A stretch of DNA of 64,000 nucleotides from Octopus vulgaris (GCA_951406725.2 OX597816.1:55366001-55430000), one strand, 5' to 3'; counted from the first letter of the stretch, positions 14,429 through 26,720 are shown. The notes: generated from the letters alone by a model not told the origin. A program made the numbers and translations.

Positions 14429-15739
14429 TCCCTATAACGTAGAGGCTAAGCTAGTTTAAACATCATTTGATATAAAGGACTATGAGTACAGTTCCAGTCT
14501 GAGCGGTGACACAATGTAAAAGGGAGTTTGCGTTGAGTTAAGGCTATATAAGGAACAAAATATCTTGCACTGAACAAATTAGAAGACAGAGGTCAGGCAT
14601 GAACTCGAAATAAACTGCAAATAGAAGAGGGACGCAATATTTGACGCGTGTGTAAACCAAAAGCCGAAAAACTGGCATATTACAGCATGAGAGAAAAATA
14701 ATACAGGAAATTTCTCATTCGTGAATCTTCAAATAAAGTGACAGCGATGTCCAACACGTTCTGACGCTTCTAATACTTTCAGTTGTGTCAATAGCTTGTT
14801 TCTAAATTTACAAGGGAAATGCTGCAGAACAAGACGTTGAATTAAACATCACTTGCACAAGTTTAAGTAAACTTATGATTATTTTTCTTTGTCATTGCGT
14901 CACTTAGGCCGTCTCTAACGCTTTCATGTGATTAGAGGAAAAGAGGGAGGGAGAAAAGACGGAGGGAGAAAAGAGTGAGAGAAAAGTAGGAGTGGAAAGC
15001 GTCCATGATGTTTGATGGAGAAAATGTAATTATAACACTTTCACGTGATTAGTTGAAAGGAAAGAGAAGAAAACGAAAAGGAGAGAGAAAGAGAGGATGA
15101 AGCAAAGATTCAGAGAGAGAAAGTAAAAGGAAAGGGAATCATCCATGACGTGAGGTAGGAGGAACGTAATATTTAGTTATTTGAAGGCAGATGAAGAGAA
15201 TTAAAAGTATAACTTTAGCAGAGGGGTGCTGTCTTGATGGTGAGGTTGAAGAAAGGCAGAGAGAGAAGACGATAGGGTGGGGTGGTAATTGGTTTGTGCA
15301 TTTTTTAAAAAAGATTGAAAAGTGTATTTTATAGGGGATATAAAAAAAGTTTTTTTTTATATCCCCTATCATTTAAGTGCAATTCCGTGGAATATTCACG
15401 CTTATTCGCGTGTCAGATATATGCAATTTAACTAAAGGTTGTATCATATTTACTAGATATTGAGTGAAAGTGGAAAAATAAGAGTGAATATTTATTTTAT
15501 GAGTGTTGTGTATGAAGTCTATAAAATTGTGCATAAAGTATATAAAATGTATATATAAAGTGCATTAAGTAATCATCGTATTCCAGTTTCTTTCACTTTT
15601 CAATGAGTAGCAGGACAGCAACTATCTTTCCAGACAGTCACAACACATGCTACGCTTTCAGGTGTTTTGGATAAAGATTTCAGAAATAACCCAGTAGGTT
15701 TAACGTTAATTCCGAGAAATATTCACGGGTCTCGCTAGT
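14429..15739 (+). mobile_element. Possible non-autonomous Helitron
   Basis: 3' end cgaga..tctcg hairpin then CTAG|T; candidate A|TC 5' end is uncertain. Confidence 0.3.
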
Positions 15740-17866
15740 AAAAATAAATGTAGACAGAAGTTTGCCAGAACAACATTAGGACAAACTATTTTACGGTCTT
15801 CCGACCAAGGCTTATAGCTTCCAGCTAAGATTATTGCCAACGTTAAATATATTGATCCAGCAAGGAGGTGTTCGATCCCATGGTGAGGTTTAGTTGACGG
15901 TTAATAAAGAGAAGCAGGATCTTTTCACTTTGACTGGCAGATTTAAAAACTAATATTTTATGACTAAAAACTTTTAAACTTTGTATACTGGTAGAATGTG
16001 TCACATAAAACATATTTTTCTCTTGGCATTCTTGAGAAAATTCTGTAGTTTGTAAGCTATATGTTGTTAAATTTCTCGTATTTCGGCAATTTCAACCAAT
16101 CAATTACGTCTGTTGAGGTAAATACAATTACTGCTGTTGTTTGTCAACAAGAGGTTCCGGCGGTGTATATTTCGTTTAAGAAACAGATTGAAATGCAATA
16201 AAATAGATCGATACTCGGTCGCCGGCATCGGACACCTCAACTTATATGAAACATTAAACATACATTATGAGGGCTAAACCGATTAAAACGATTACGATAT
16301 AGAGGGCATTAGTGATGAGCTACGGATGATTAAATAGTCAATTAATTATCTTATTAGTTGATTTATTTGGTTAGCAATAGCAAAACCTATAGGTGTAAGG
16401 TTTACTCTATAATATTCATTCGAATGTCTTGCTCGCATACAAATCAACGTTCTTCAATATAAGAATATTCTTTTGTGGTTTTAGGATACGATTGCCATTT
16501 CAAGCATGCGAGAAATCCACATCCACATGGGTCGTATATACACCATTATATATATATATACACACTATTTTATATATATATACACAATTATATATATATA
16601 TTATTAGGTAAGTCGGTAGGTAGATAGGTAGACATAGATATGGAAAACTTGACAACTTGTGCTCATAGAAAGGACCCGGATGTCTATTATAGCGATTATA
16701 TTTCAAGCACTGTTGTCGTTAGGATATCTTTAATTTGCATCAAATTATCAGTTAATTGATAATTTGTAAATGTACTTCATTTGTGATCGAATACGATGAA
16801 GATACACCAATATTATCAAACTACTGAGCTTCACCAATAAACGTATATATAATGTGTTTGATAGCTTCTAATTTAAAACTTGGAAGATGGAAACCAAAAC
16901 ACTGCTCTAGCAGTAAGGATAATACCTGACATGGTGACAGCTGCAGTTCAGGTCTGTACTTGTTGCGTACATGGGGGTAGTTATGACATTAAGTAGTTCA
17001 CTATTAGCTTAAAATTGCTACGATCATTTAGATGGAATTTCAGTTCAAATATATCCTTCCTGTCAGACACACGACATTCCAGGAATTTCAGATATTGATT
17101 ACTTATTCTTAGACATGAGGTTTATTTATCTGTGTCAGCAAGGAAATATTAAAATAGATTATACATTTTGGAACTAATGTCTTCGGACGTTTAATAACGG
17201 AAAACATATTCTACTAACTTCAAACTAAGAATCACATATAAAACGAAATAATTTAAAGCATTTGAACAACTAAGATCTAGTGCCAAACACTGACAATGCT
17301 GCAGAGGTATTTAATTTCTCTTGGTCCATATTAATTTACTTCCCTCTTTTTTTCTCTCAATGTCAGCTATATCAATTGTCAGTAGACATTTAAGCTACTA
17401 TGAGGAATTATCTTTTTCGCTAATCCGTCTCAAAGAATGATCGCACCAAACTCAACCTTTTTATTTTCCCATTAATAAGCTTACATTTGTCAGTGCATCG
17501 TCATATCGTCAGTGACGCCAGTATTTTGACGTGTATTTCTTCTGTTTAACATGGTTCGCTAGTTGATACATTATGAATGCCAATTTGTTCAACTTCTCTG
17601 AACATTGTGATTACGTTGAACTCAGTAATAATGTTGGTATTTTCTTCTGCTCAAATCAACAATTGACCATTATTCGTCCACGTTTGCATATGATACAAGT
17701 GTATTCAGTTATAATTGTCTTCACAGTCATATCTTAACGACTCTGTTTACAATTTCTTCAGCAATTCTCATAATTGCAAATTATGCCATTGCTAACATTT
17801 ATTTTGTCTTCTTGTTGCATTTTATTGTAATGATTGTTTTTGTTATTGTATTGTTAGAATAGTGTC

Positions 17867-18181
17867 AAGGCGCGTGAATCAAATATTCAGTTCACGATCG
17901 GAAGGTCGTGCGTTCGACGATTTCCGGTAGCGCTTTATGCCCTTGAGCAAGACACTTTATTTCACAATGCTCCAGTCCACACACCAGGAAAAATGAGTTG
18001 TACTTGCATTTTAAAGGGCCAGCTTTGAGATATTTTGTATCATGCTGAAGCTCCCTGAGAACTACGTTAAGGGTACACGTGTCTATGGAGTACTCAGCCA
18101 CATGCTTGTTAATATCACGAACAGGCTGCTCCGTTGATCAGATCCACTGGAACCCACGTCATCATAACCGACGGAGTACCA
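17867..18181 (+). mobile_element. tRNA-derived SINE, family B
   Basis: Homologous to 47940-48243; ccttgagcaagacacttt core; tail shared with the 32447 SINE. Confidence 0.85.
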
Positions 18182-18610
18182 GTTTACATTATTTACATTT
18201 GACGGATATTCGTCCTCATCTTGTTTGTTGCTAACACAAAGTTTCAGCTGATATACCCTCCAGCCTCCATCAGGTGTCTTGGGGGAAATTTTGAAATTTC
18301 GAACCTGGGCTTTCATTCCTGAGGTATTTTTCGATGTTGTTATTGTTGTTATTATTATTCAGGTTGGAATATTGGAGTTAGTAGCCCGCACTCTTAACCA
18401 CTACGCCATATGCTCGTGGGCAATCATGGAGTGAATTTTAGGGTTTATAAATCTAATATTTTTCTATCCTTCCTTAATACCGGTTCCCATATGCTATTCA
18501 TATCTGCACTCGGTCCTAGCATGTCTGCTGCTTCTTTCAGTTTTCGTATTTTCCAGTGGTGTTCTTTGTCCTGATGTCATATGGTCTGCATATCTTTAGT
18601 ATGTTTTCGG

Positions 18611-19396
18611 AGCTAGCATTCCTGGACGTATTAATACCACGTACCAAGTACGGGTTCAAGGCATCCGTATACCGCAAGCTGACCTTCACTGGACAGTACC
18701 TCAACTTCAATTCCCACCATCCACACAGTGGAAAGAGTGGGATTGCTCAATGCCTAAAACATCGAGCAATGAATATAAGTAGCGATCATGATACACACCA
18801 CGAAGAAATGATCAAGCTCAGTAACAATCTATTAAGCAGCAACTATCCCAGAAACATACTATCCATCCAATTATGATGAAAAGAGAGGGTGAAATGAAAC
18901 CGATAAACAGTCCACAGTCTGTCTACCTTATATGAAAGGACTCATCGAAAAGATACAAAAGATAAGCGGCCCATATGACATCAGGATAGTATTCAAGAGT
19001 AATACAACACTTCGCAAATATCTCCTTCGAGTAAAACCACCCATAGAAGAGAATATGACCAAAAACTACGTGTACTCTATCCCATGCAGATCTGATAGGT
19101 TATACAAAGGCGAAGCATGCCCTCAACAAAAAATAATGATAGAGGAACATCGCAAAGCTCTGACACGAGATGTTGATAAATCGGGTATAGCTGAACATGT
19201 ATGGAAAAATGGAGATCACCACATCCTGTGGGATGAAGTTAAAATAATAGACAGAGGAAACCACTGGAAAATGCGAAAACTAAAAGAAGCAGCACATATG
19301 CTAGGACACAACAAACTCCTAAGCAGACCGAGTTCAGATATGAATAGTATGTGGGAACCGGTATTAAGGAATGATAGGAAAATATTAGATTTATAA
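18611..19396 (+). pseudogene. PLE reverse transcriptase C-terminus + GIY-YIG endonuclease, frameshifted
   Basis: LAFLDV, SVYRKLTFTGQYLNFNSHHP, NYVYSIPC..YKGE, EEHRK, SGIAEHVW, RKLKEA. Confidence 0.92.
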
Positions 19397-19425
19397 GCCC
19401 TAAAATTCACTCCAAAATTGCCCAC

Positions 19426-19486
19426 GGGCATATGGCGTAGTGGTTAAGAGCGCGGGATACTAACCCCAAGTTCGATTCGGGGCAGT
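19426..19486 (+). promoter_or_regulatory. tRNA-like Pol III A/B-box module inside the PLE terminal repeat
   Basis: tggcgtagtggttaagagcgcggg(a/c)tactaacccc..gttcgattc; also at ~18365-18420 (-) and 46196-46268 (-). Confidence 0.7.
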
Positions 19487-19608
19487 GATCTGAATGATAA
19501 TAAAAATTCGAATAAATAGCTTATGAAGGCTGGTGTTTATATCAGCCGGAACGTTGTGTTAACAACAAACAAGATAAGGACAAAAATCGGTCAAATGTAA
19601 ATAATGTA

Positions 19609-19833
19609 ATGGGCTGGCAACTGATGCAGAATTGAGACCTTGTTGGATCACTTTTTCGAGTCGAAATCGGGTGATTTCTACCAACGAGGTATTGAAAATC
19701 TTGTTGAACGTTGGGAAGAGGTTGTAAACAACAAGGGTGAATACATTATTGATTAATTAGTTGTTAATTTTTAACTAAATCTTAAAAAAATGTAAATTAA
19801 AATAAAACGGCAGGAACTTAGTTGCCAACCCAA
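19609..19833 (+). mobile_element. Internally deleted mariner (MITE-like) inserted in the PLE terminal repeat
   Basis: TIRs atgggctggcaact / agttgccaacccaa; TA duplication; FYQRGIENLVERWEEVVNNKGEYIID* C-terminus; empty site visible near 39495-39505. Confidence 0.85.
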
Positions 19834-21110
19834 TACATAATTCCTCATCACTTAAATATAGAGCTGGAGTACAAGTTGTCAGAATAGTGGAGCAATAGAA
19901 AATGCCTCTTGCCAGACAAACTAATTTCCTGTATCTAGATATTGTGTTTATGTGGTCGAGAAGAGAATCCCATTATTCATTTAAGATGACATTCGAAACG
20001 GCAAGCACCTTCACATCAACAATACCTTTCTAAAATCGAAATAGATCTGCACGACCTTATAACATGTTTATGAGGAAGCTTTGATTTTATCATTGTTAAA
20101 ACTGCTGGCTCAATGTTTTACACAGTTTGAAAATAACTAACTTAAAAATCAATGAACAAAGAGAGAAGTTCATTTAGTCGTGTTTATTTTTTCTCTCTCC
20201 ATCAGTGGTCAATCAAATGCACAGCAGACCATCAGTCAAATAGCACCACTTACATGGAATGGAAATTCTAAATTAATCTTTGAACAAAAGAAACCGAATT
20301 TTCAAGTATTCGAAACAAAGCATTTCCCATTTTCTTTACAAATAGTATGAATGCTTTCCAAAAATGTAAAATTAATCTCAGCTACGATGTCATCACTACT
20401 CCATATTGTTACAGATTAAGATATATCTACGTCTTCAAAACTAGCTCTCCTCCTCCTTTAATTACATGATAGCAATTATCTACATTAATTTAATTAAACG
20501 AATGCTGGCATTAATTGTTCATGAACAATAAACTCTCAGAAACGTATTGTAACAAGTTCGATATGAAACTTATTTGTATCGGAAGAGAATAACTTGTGGT
20601 CTTCCTGGAAATGCGTTGATTTCTAAGCAATAGCGAATTAGTAAAGATACAGTTATATATATATATATATATATATACTAGATCTATTATTAGTTTAGTG
20701 CCATTGATATAGCTGTAGCTAATTGAGGATATTTATATAGCTGGTTCGTTTCCGGTATGTAGGAGTATACACCCTTTTCATTGAAATTTACTATAGAAAA
20801 TCGCAGATCTGTATATATGCGTACACTAAAGTGAGTACATGTGCATATGTATATACACTAGTGGCCGAGTTCATATTGCAGATCTCAGTGAAATAAATAT
20901 GTATATATTTATAGACACAGAAGCTGTAAGTCAGAGATACGCCTATTGTAATACATGCATTCATAGAGGTTCACAAATATATAATTAATAAAAAAGAACA
21001 CATATTTACCTCACACACACACACATACACATACACATATACGCACACACACACATATACACACACAGAGAGAATAATGCACATGTGTGTGTGTATATGA
21101 ATTGAACATA

Positions 21111-21324
21111 CTCTTTATTTACTCTTTACTCTTTTACTTGTTTCAGTCATTTGACTGCGGCCATGCTGGAGCACCGCCTTTAGTCGAGCAAATCGACCCC
21201 GGGACTTATTCTTTGTAAGCGCCCAGTACTTATTCTATCGGTCTCTTTTGCCGAACCGCTAAGTGACGGGGACGTAAACACACCAGCATCGGTTGTCAAG
21301 CAATGCTAGGGGGACAAACACACA

Positions 21325-21394
<70 letters not shown>

Positions 21395-21554
21395 CACGAC
21401 AGGCTTCTTTCAGTTTCCGTCTATCAAATCCACTCAAAAGGCTTTGGTCGGCCCGAGGCTATAGTAGAAGACACTTGCTCAAGGTGCCACGCAGTGGGAC
21501 TGAACCCGGAACCACGTGGTTGGTAAGCAAGCTACTTACCACACAGCCACTCCT
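21111..21554 (-). mobile_element. tRNA-derived SINE, family C
   Basis: Homologous to the 10518 and 57888 copies; tail repeat (taaaagag)n. Confidence 0.9.
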
Positions 21555-23021
21555 GCTAGTGCTTGAAAGAGTGTTAAGATCAAGGATAGCTGACTTCCTG
21601 GAGACCCACAAACTCCTAAATGCAAATCAACATGGCTTTCGCTGTGGCAGGGACTGTCTAACACAGCTCTTACACCACATTGAAGATGTACTCAAAGCCT
21701 TGGGAACAGGTTCGAACTCTGACGTCATATATCTTGACTTCAGTAAAGCGTTCGACAGGGTAGACCATAACATCCTACTCTCAAAATAGGCAAATGTTGG
21801 AATCCGTGGAAAAGTTCTACACTGGATTAAGTATTTCCTGGCGAATAGAACACAACATGTTGTAATTGATGGAGTCCACTCAAACCCAGCAAAAGTCACT
21901 AGCGGTGTTCCCCAGGGAACTGTTTTGGGTCCGCTACTCTTCATAATTTACGTAAACGACCTTTCCAGTGTCGTACATTACTGCAAAGTGAAAATATTTG
22001 CTGATGACACTAAGCTCCAGCAAATCGTCAATGAAGAAGCAGACCGAACTCAACTCCAGTCGGATCTATATGCTGTGAGTCAATGGGCAGACAGAAACAA
22101 AATGCAACTGAATGAGGGAAAATTTGAGCTGAAGCATTTTGGAAGAAATTCCTCACTAAAACAACCATACTCTCTTCCTTCAGGGGAACCGCTCACAGCC
22201 TCTAACAATATCAGAGACCTGGGTGTAATTGTTGATGACGATCTCAGTTGGAGTGCACACATCAACAAGAAGGTCGATATAGCACGTAGGATGAGTTCCT
22301 GGATCTTAAGAACTTTCCGGTCCAGAGAACAAGGTGTCATCATACCACTTTTTCCTCCTTTGTACGGCCACACCTTGAATACTGCTGCCCACTGTGGTCT
22401 CCTCACACAAGACAAAACATCTCCAGAATTGAGTCACCCCAGAGGGCACTCACTAAACGAATTGAAGGCATGGCTGCTCTCGATTATTGGGATCGCCTTA
22501 AAGCCTTGAAACTTTACTCCCTCCAGCGTCGCCGTGAGCGGTACATCATTTGTACGAGGTGGAAAATATACCGCCAACTTTGCCCAAACGACCTAAACAT
22601 TAGCTTCAAAGTTCATCCAAGACTTGGACCACGGGCTATACGTCCCCTGCCCAATTCAAGATCACAACATACATGTACACTGCAACATAATTTCTTTTCC
22701 TCAACAGGCCCTGCCCTATTTAACATTGTCCCGAGGGAGATCAAAGAGGAAAAGGATCCCATCAACTTTAAACAGAGTCTGGATAGATTCCTTCAAAGAA
22801 CACCAGATAAGCCACCCATAATTGGATATAACTCACCCAACAAGAACTCACTACTTGAACAAAACTGGATACAACTCACCCAACAAGAACTCACTACTTG
22901 AACAAAACTTGACTCAAACAAAACTTGACTTAAACAGGATTCGAATAATCCTATCAGGTGGTGCTATTAAGTTAGACATGGCCTGGACCAATCTTTGGTC
23001 GAAACATATCTAAGTCTAAGT
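21555..23021 (+). mobile_element. 5'-truncated CR1/L2-group LINE (RT pseudogene)
   Basis: NQHGFR, YLDFSKAFDRVDH, GVPQGTVLGPLLF, IFADDTK, YSLQRRRER; stop at 21788 and a frameshift; ctaagt tail repeat. Confidence 0.9.
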
Positions 23022-23094
<73 letters not shown>

Positions 23095-23212
23095 AATCAA
23101 GGAACGGCCATAATAGGCCATTCACCCACTAGAAATAACAGCCAAAAGCTTTAACCGCAAAATAACGTCAATTCCGTAAACCAGGAGAAAATTAAAAAAC
23201 ATTTACCCTGTA

Positions 23213-23319
23213 ATTTCTTAGACGATGCACCGTTTCATCTACTGTTTAATGGAAAACTAACCTGATTAAATTAAATCAAGCCAATCTACCATACGCCCTT
23301 AGATTCATCAGTAAGAAAT
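23213..23319 (-). ncRNA. Type I hammerhead ribozyme (inverted arm)
   Basis: Reverse complement of 23702-23808. Confidence 0.85.
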
Positions 23320-23701
23320 AGCCAAGCCGGAACAGATATTATTCACGAGGCATTCTCGTTGCTACCTCGTCAATATCTGACCTAAAATTTTCAAATCGTC
23401 GCACTCGCGCCAAATTTATCGGCAGCAAATAAATATAAGCCGCCGATTCCATTACGGAATTAACCAGAAAATTCATAATTAATCAATATATGGTGGCAAA
23501 AGAATTCTACAAAATTTTTTTTTGCCACCCTATATTGATTAATTATGAATTTTCTGGTTAATTCCGTAATGGAATCGGCGGCTTATATTTATTTGCTGCC
23601 GATAAATTTGGCGCGAGTGCGACGATTTGAAAATTTTAGGTCAGATATTGACGAGGTAGCAACGAGAATGCCTCGTGAATAATATCTGTTCCGGCTTGGC
23701 T

Positions 23702-23808
23702 ATTTCTTACTGATGAATCTAAGGGCGTATGGTAGATTGGCTTGATTTAATTTAATCAGGTTAGTTTTCCATTAAACAGTAGATGAAACGGTGCATCGTC
23801 TAAGAAAT
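23702..23808 (+). ncRNA. Type I hammerhead ribozyme with enlarged stem II
   Basis: atttctta CTGATGA atcta..tagat GAAA cgg tgca tcg TC taagaaat; predicted cleavage after GUC at 23800. Confidence 0.88.
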
Positions 23809-24192
23809 TACAGGGTAAATGTTTTTTAATTTTCTCCTGGTTTACGGAATTGACGTTATTTTGCGGTTAAAGCTTTTGGCTGTTATTTCTAGTGGGTGAA
23901 TGGCCTATTATGGCCGTTCCTTGATTGTGATGTTGAACTTAAAAATGGTTTATGACTATTTAATTTTTTCCCACTAGGCCGCTGGTGGCAAAAGAATTCT
24001 ACAAAATTTTTTTTGCCACCCTATATTGATTAATTATGAATTTTCTGGTTAATTCCGTAATGGAATCGGCGGCTTATATTTATTTGCTGCCGATAAATTT
24101 GGCGCGAGTGCGACGATTTGAAAATTTTAGGTCAGATATTGACGAGGTAGCAACGAGAATGCCTCGTGAATAATATCTGTTCCGGCTTGGCT

Positions 24193-24299
24193 ATTTCTTA
24201 CTGATGAATCTAAGGGCGTATGGTAGATTGGCTTGATTTAATTTAATCAGGTTAGTTTTCCATTAAACAGTAGATGAAACGGTGCATCGTCTAAGAAAT
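24193..24299 (+). ncRNA. Type I hammerhead ribozyme (second tandem unit)
   Basis: Same sequence as 23702-23808, offset 491; predicted cleavage after 24291. Confidence 0.88.
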
Positions 24300-24519
24300 T
24301 ACAGGGTAAATGTTTTTTAATTTTCTCCTGGTTTACGGAATTGACGTTATTTTGCGGTTAAAGCTTTTGGCTGTTATTTCTAGTGGGTGAATGGCCTATT
24401 ATGGCCGTTCCTTGATTGTGATGTTGAACTTAAAAATGGTTTATGACTATTTAATTTTTTCCCACTAGGCCGCTGGTGGCAAAAGAATTCTACAAAATTT
24501 TTTTGCCACCCTATATTGA

Positions 24520-24579
<60 letters not shown>

Positions 24580-24664
24580 TATATATATACATGCATATAT
24601 ATACATATATATATTATTTGTACTATATATATATAAACATATATACATATGCATATATACACAT

Positions 24665-25515
24665 CAGTGGCGTGCAGTCGAGGCATGGTAGTCATGCACT
24701 GCATGTCCGTTGAAATATATAAAATTCATACATCAATTTAAGAACGTAATGTATTTATAACCACATTGTAAAGTTGTCCAAATCATTGGAAACTGAACTG
24801 AAATAGTTACTTTGTATCAAAGGAAACCTGTCCGGATTGATACTTCACTGTATTTCCATTTTGCTTGCACTAGGCAGGCTGAAAGAAAGACGCATATGGA
24901 ATCTTTTGTCTCCCTGCTTCCTATCTTTCAATAACTATCATTTCAATATCAGTAAGATAATTTTTATTTCGATAAAATATCTACGGAAGGCATGCTTTCA
25001 GAAAAACGGCGACAGGCTAAATGGTTGAATGATTTTAACTTTTCGACCCATAAAAATTCTGACCAAAACATATCAGCAATCCCATAATACTTAATTAATC
25101 TGCTCAAATGTTGCCGTGACTTTGGAATATCTATTTCGCTGTGTCGTAAGTTTTGAAACTATTATCATTAACCATCCTCTGTATTGAACAAAAAAATTCT
25201 GAAATCAGAAATATAATATAAATAATTAACCTTTCGTTGATTTACTAAAATTATCTTTCCGTTTTGTTAAAAGTGATATACAATTCCCGATCGCAGTAAA
25301 ATGAGGTAATCGGTGACAAAGAGAAATTAAAGTGTTCATTGAAATTTTGAGGCTACGATTTTCGCCATTTTTTTTTCACAATCTGAATCTCCATAGCCGA
25401 AAACGTGGGTTTTCGTATGAAAAAAATGCTTAAAGGAGGGAGAGAGGGTTACTTTCCGCCATTTGCGCAAAATATTTATTGCATGATCAACCTCAGAAAT
25501 CACCGCACGCCACTG
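24665..25515. mobile_element. Non-autonomous hAT-like DNA transposon
   Basis: TIRs cagtggcgtgc / gcacgccactg; imperfect 8-bp TSD atacacat / atacatct; no transposase. Confidence 0.65.
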
Positions 25516-25548
25516 ATACATCTCTCTATCTCTCTCCTTCCCTCCTCC

Positions 25549-25645
<97 letters not shown>

Positions 25646-25646
25646 A

Positions 25647-25690
<44 letters not shown>

Positions 25691-25701
25691 GTATATCTAT
25701 G

Positions 25702-25754
<53 letters not shown>

Positions 25755-25759
25755 CTCTA

Positions 25760-25806
<47 letters not shown>
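25549..25806. repeat. (CTAT)n-(CT)n-(TA)n compound microsatellite
   Basis: Direct reading. Confidence 0.97.
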
Positions 25807-25807
<1 letters not shown>

Positions 25808-26511
25808 CACATATATATACAGACATATCTTTTTTCCACTTTAATAATCAGACGGTTATACTTTGTTAGGCGTTTGAAAAAGGTGACTCTGCTGTTTCTT
25901 AAAAGAGATGTTTACAAACTGATATTTCAGAGTTTGTTATCCATGCTGTAGGCAGGGCTCTTTAACTACAATCATATACATACATGCACACACACACAGA
26001 CGTACACAGACACAAATATATACACACACAGAAACACAAGCACACCCATGTATATACATTCATATATACATAAACATACATGTACGCATGCACATATATT
26101 TATATATACATACACTTATATACACATGTGTGTATATGAAAGAGAGGAAAGGGGTATGAAGTAGACCAAGAATAAAAAATACAATTGTTTGCTGGTCATT
26201 TTGGTTGAAGCACAGTTTCGGTTTAGTGTAGATGAGAAGCTCTATCATTTGTTTCCTTTGTGTTTGTAATATATTCTTAACCTGTGCCACTACTTATATG
26301 TTCTCCAAATGGTGTTTTATCGAAATTATTCAATCATCCTATAATCGCAACAAGTATGTTTCCTGTACGAGATGTGTTATTTGAGCTATTTTAGAGGGCG
26401 TGCGTCTATCATATCTACTTAGGAGCATTTGTTCTTATGTTCTGCTAAGTCTGTGAACACTATTCTGTTATAATAACCGTTATTAAATAAAGCTTCTAAT
26501 TACTCCATGGG

Positions 26512-26720
26512 ACGCCATGATAGATCGTTAGCTCCTACACGCATTTTTTTTCTCTCCTTGTTTCTCTCCTTGTTTTTTTTTCTGCGTATCTTTCTGTCGA
26601 AGAGCGTAGGCTCGAAACGTAAAAGACTTTTTCTATTTCTATTTCTGAGCGCCATTTGTTTGTTTGTACTCCACCTGCCTTCGTTTTTTGTTTATTTTCG
26701 CAAACTTTCCCGTTCTAACT
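26512..26720 (+). mobile_element. Short PLE-type solo terminal repeat with a variant minimal HHR at 26589-26626
   Basis: tcttt CTGTCGA a gagc gtag gctc GAAA cg TA aaaga; homologous to the 13448 copy. Confidence 0.55.

Larger units (their letters stand above)
18182..19870 (+). mobile_element. Penelope-like element, 5'-truncated, with inverted 5' terminal repeat (18182-18560) and 3' terminal repeat
   Basis: 18182-18560 is the reverse complement of ~19260-19608; RT and GIY-YIG remnants; degenerate HHRs at 18233-18278 (-) and ~19520-19561 (+). Confidence 0.92.
23091..24522 (+). mobile_element. Non-coding hammerhead retroelement (retrozyme / PLE terminal-repeat type): inverted arm + two tandem 491-bp units
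   Basis: 23091-23501 mirrors 23520-23930; units start at 23492, 23984 and 24475; (TA)n on both sides; three HHRs. Confidence 0.85.

Noticed and set aside
15945-16200. Suspected dispersed repeat or MITE
   Set aside because: No second copy, TIR or TSD identifiable within the window
23492-24522. Recurring ggtggcaaaa..ttttgccacc hairpins as CRISPR repeats or terminators
   Set aside because: The intervening 491-bp sequences are identical rather than unique spacers; eukaryotic context, no cas genes
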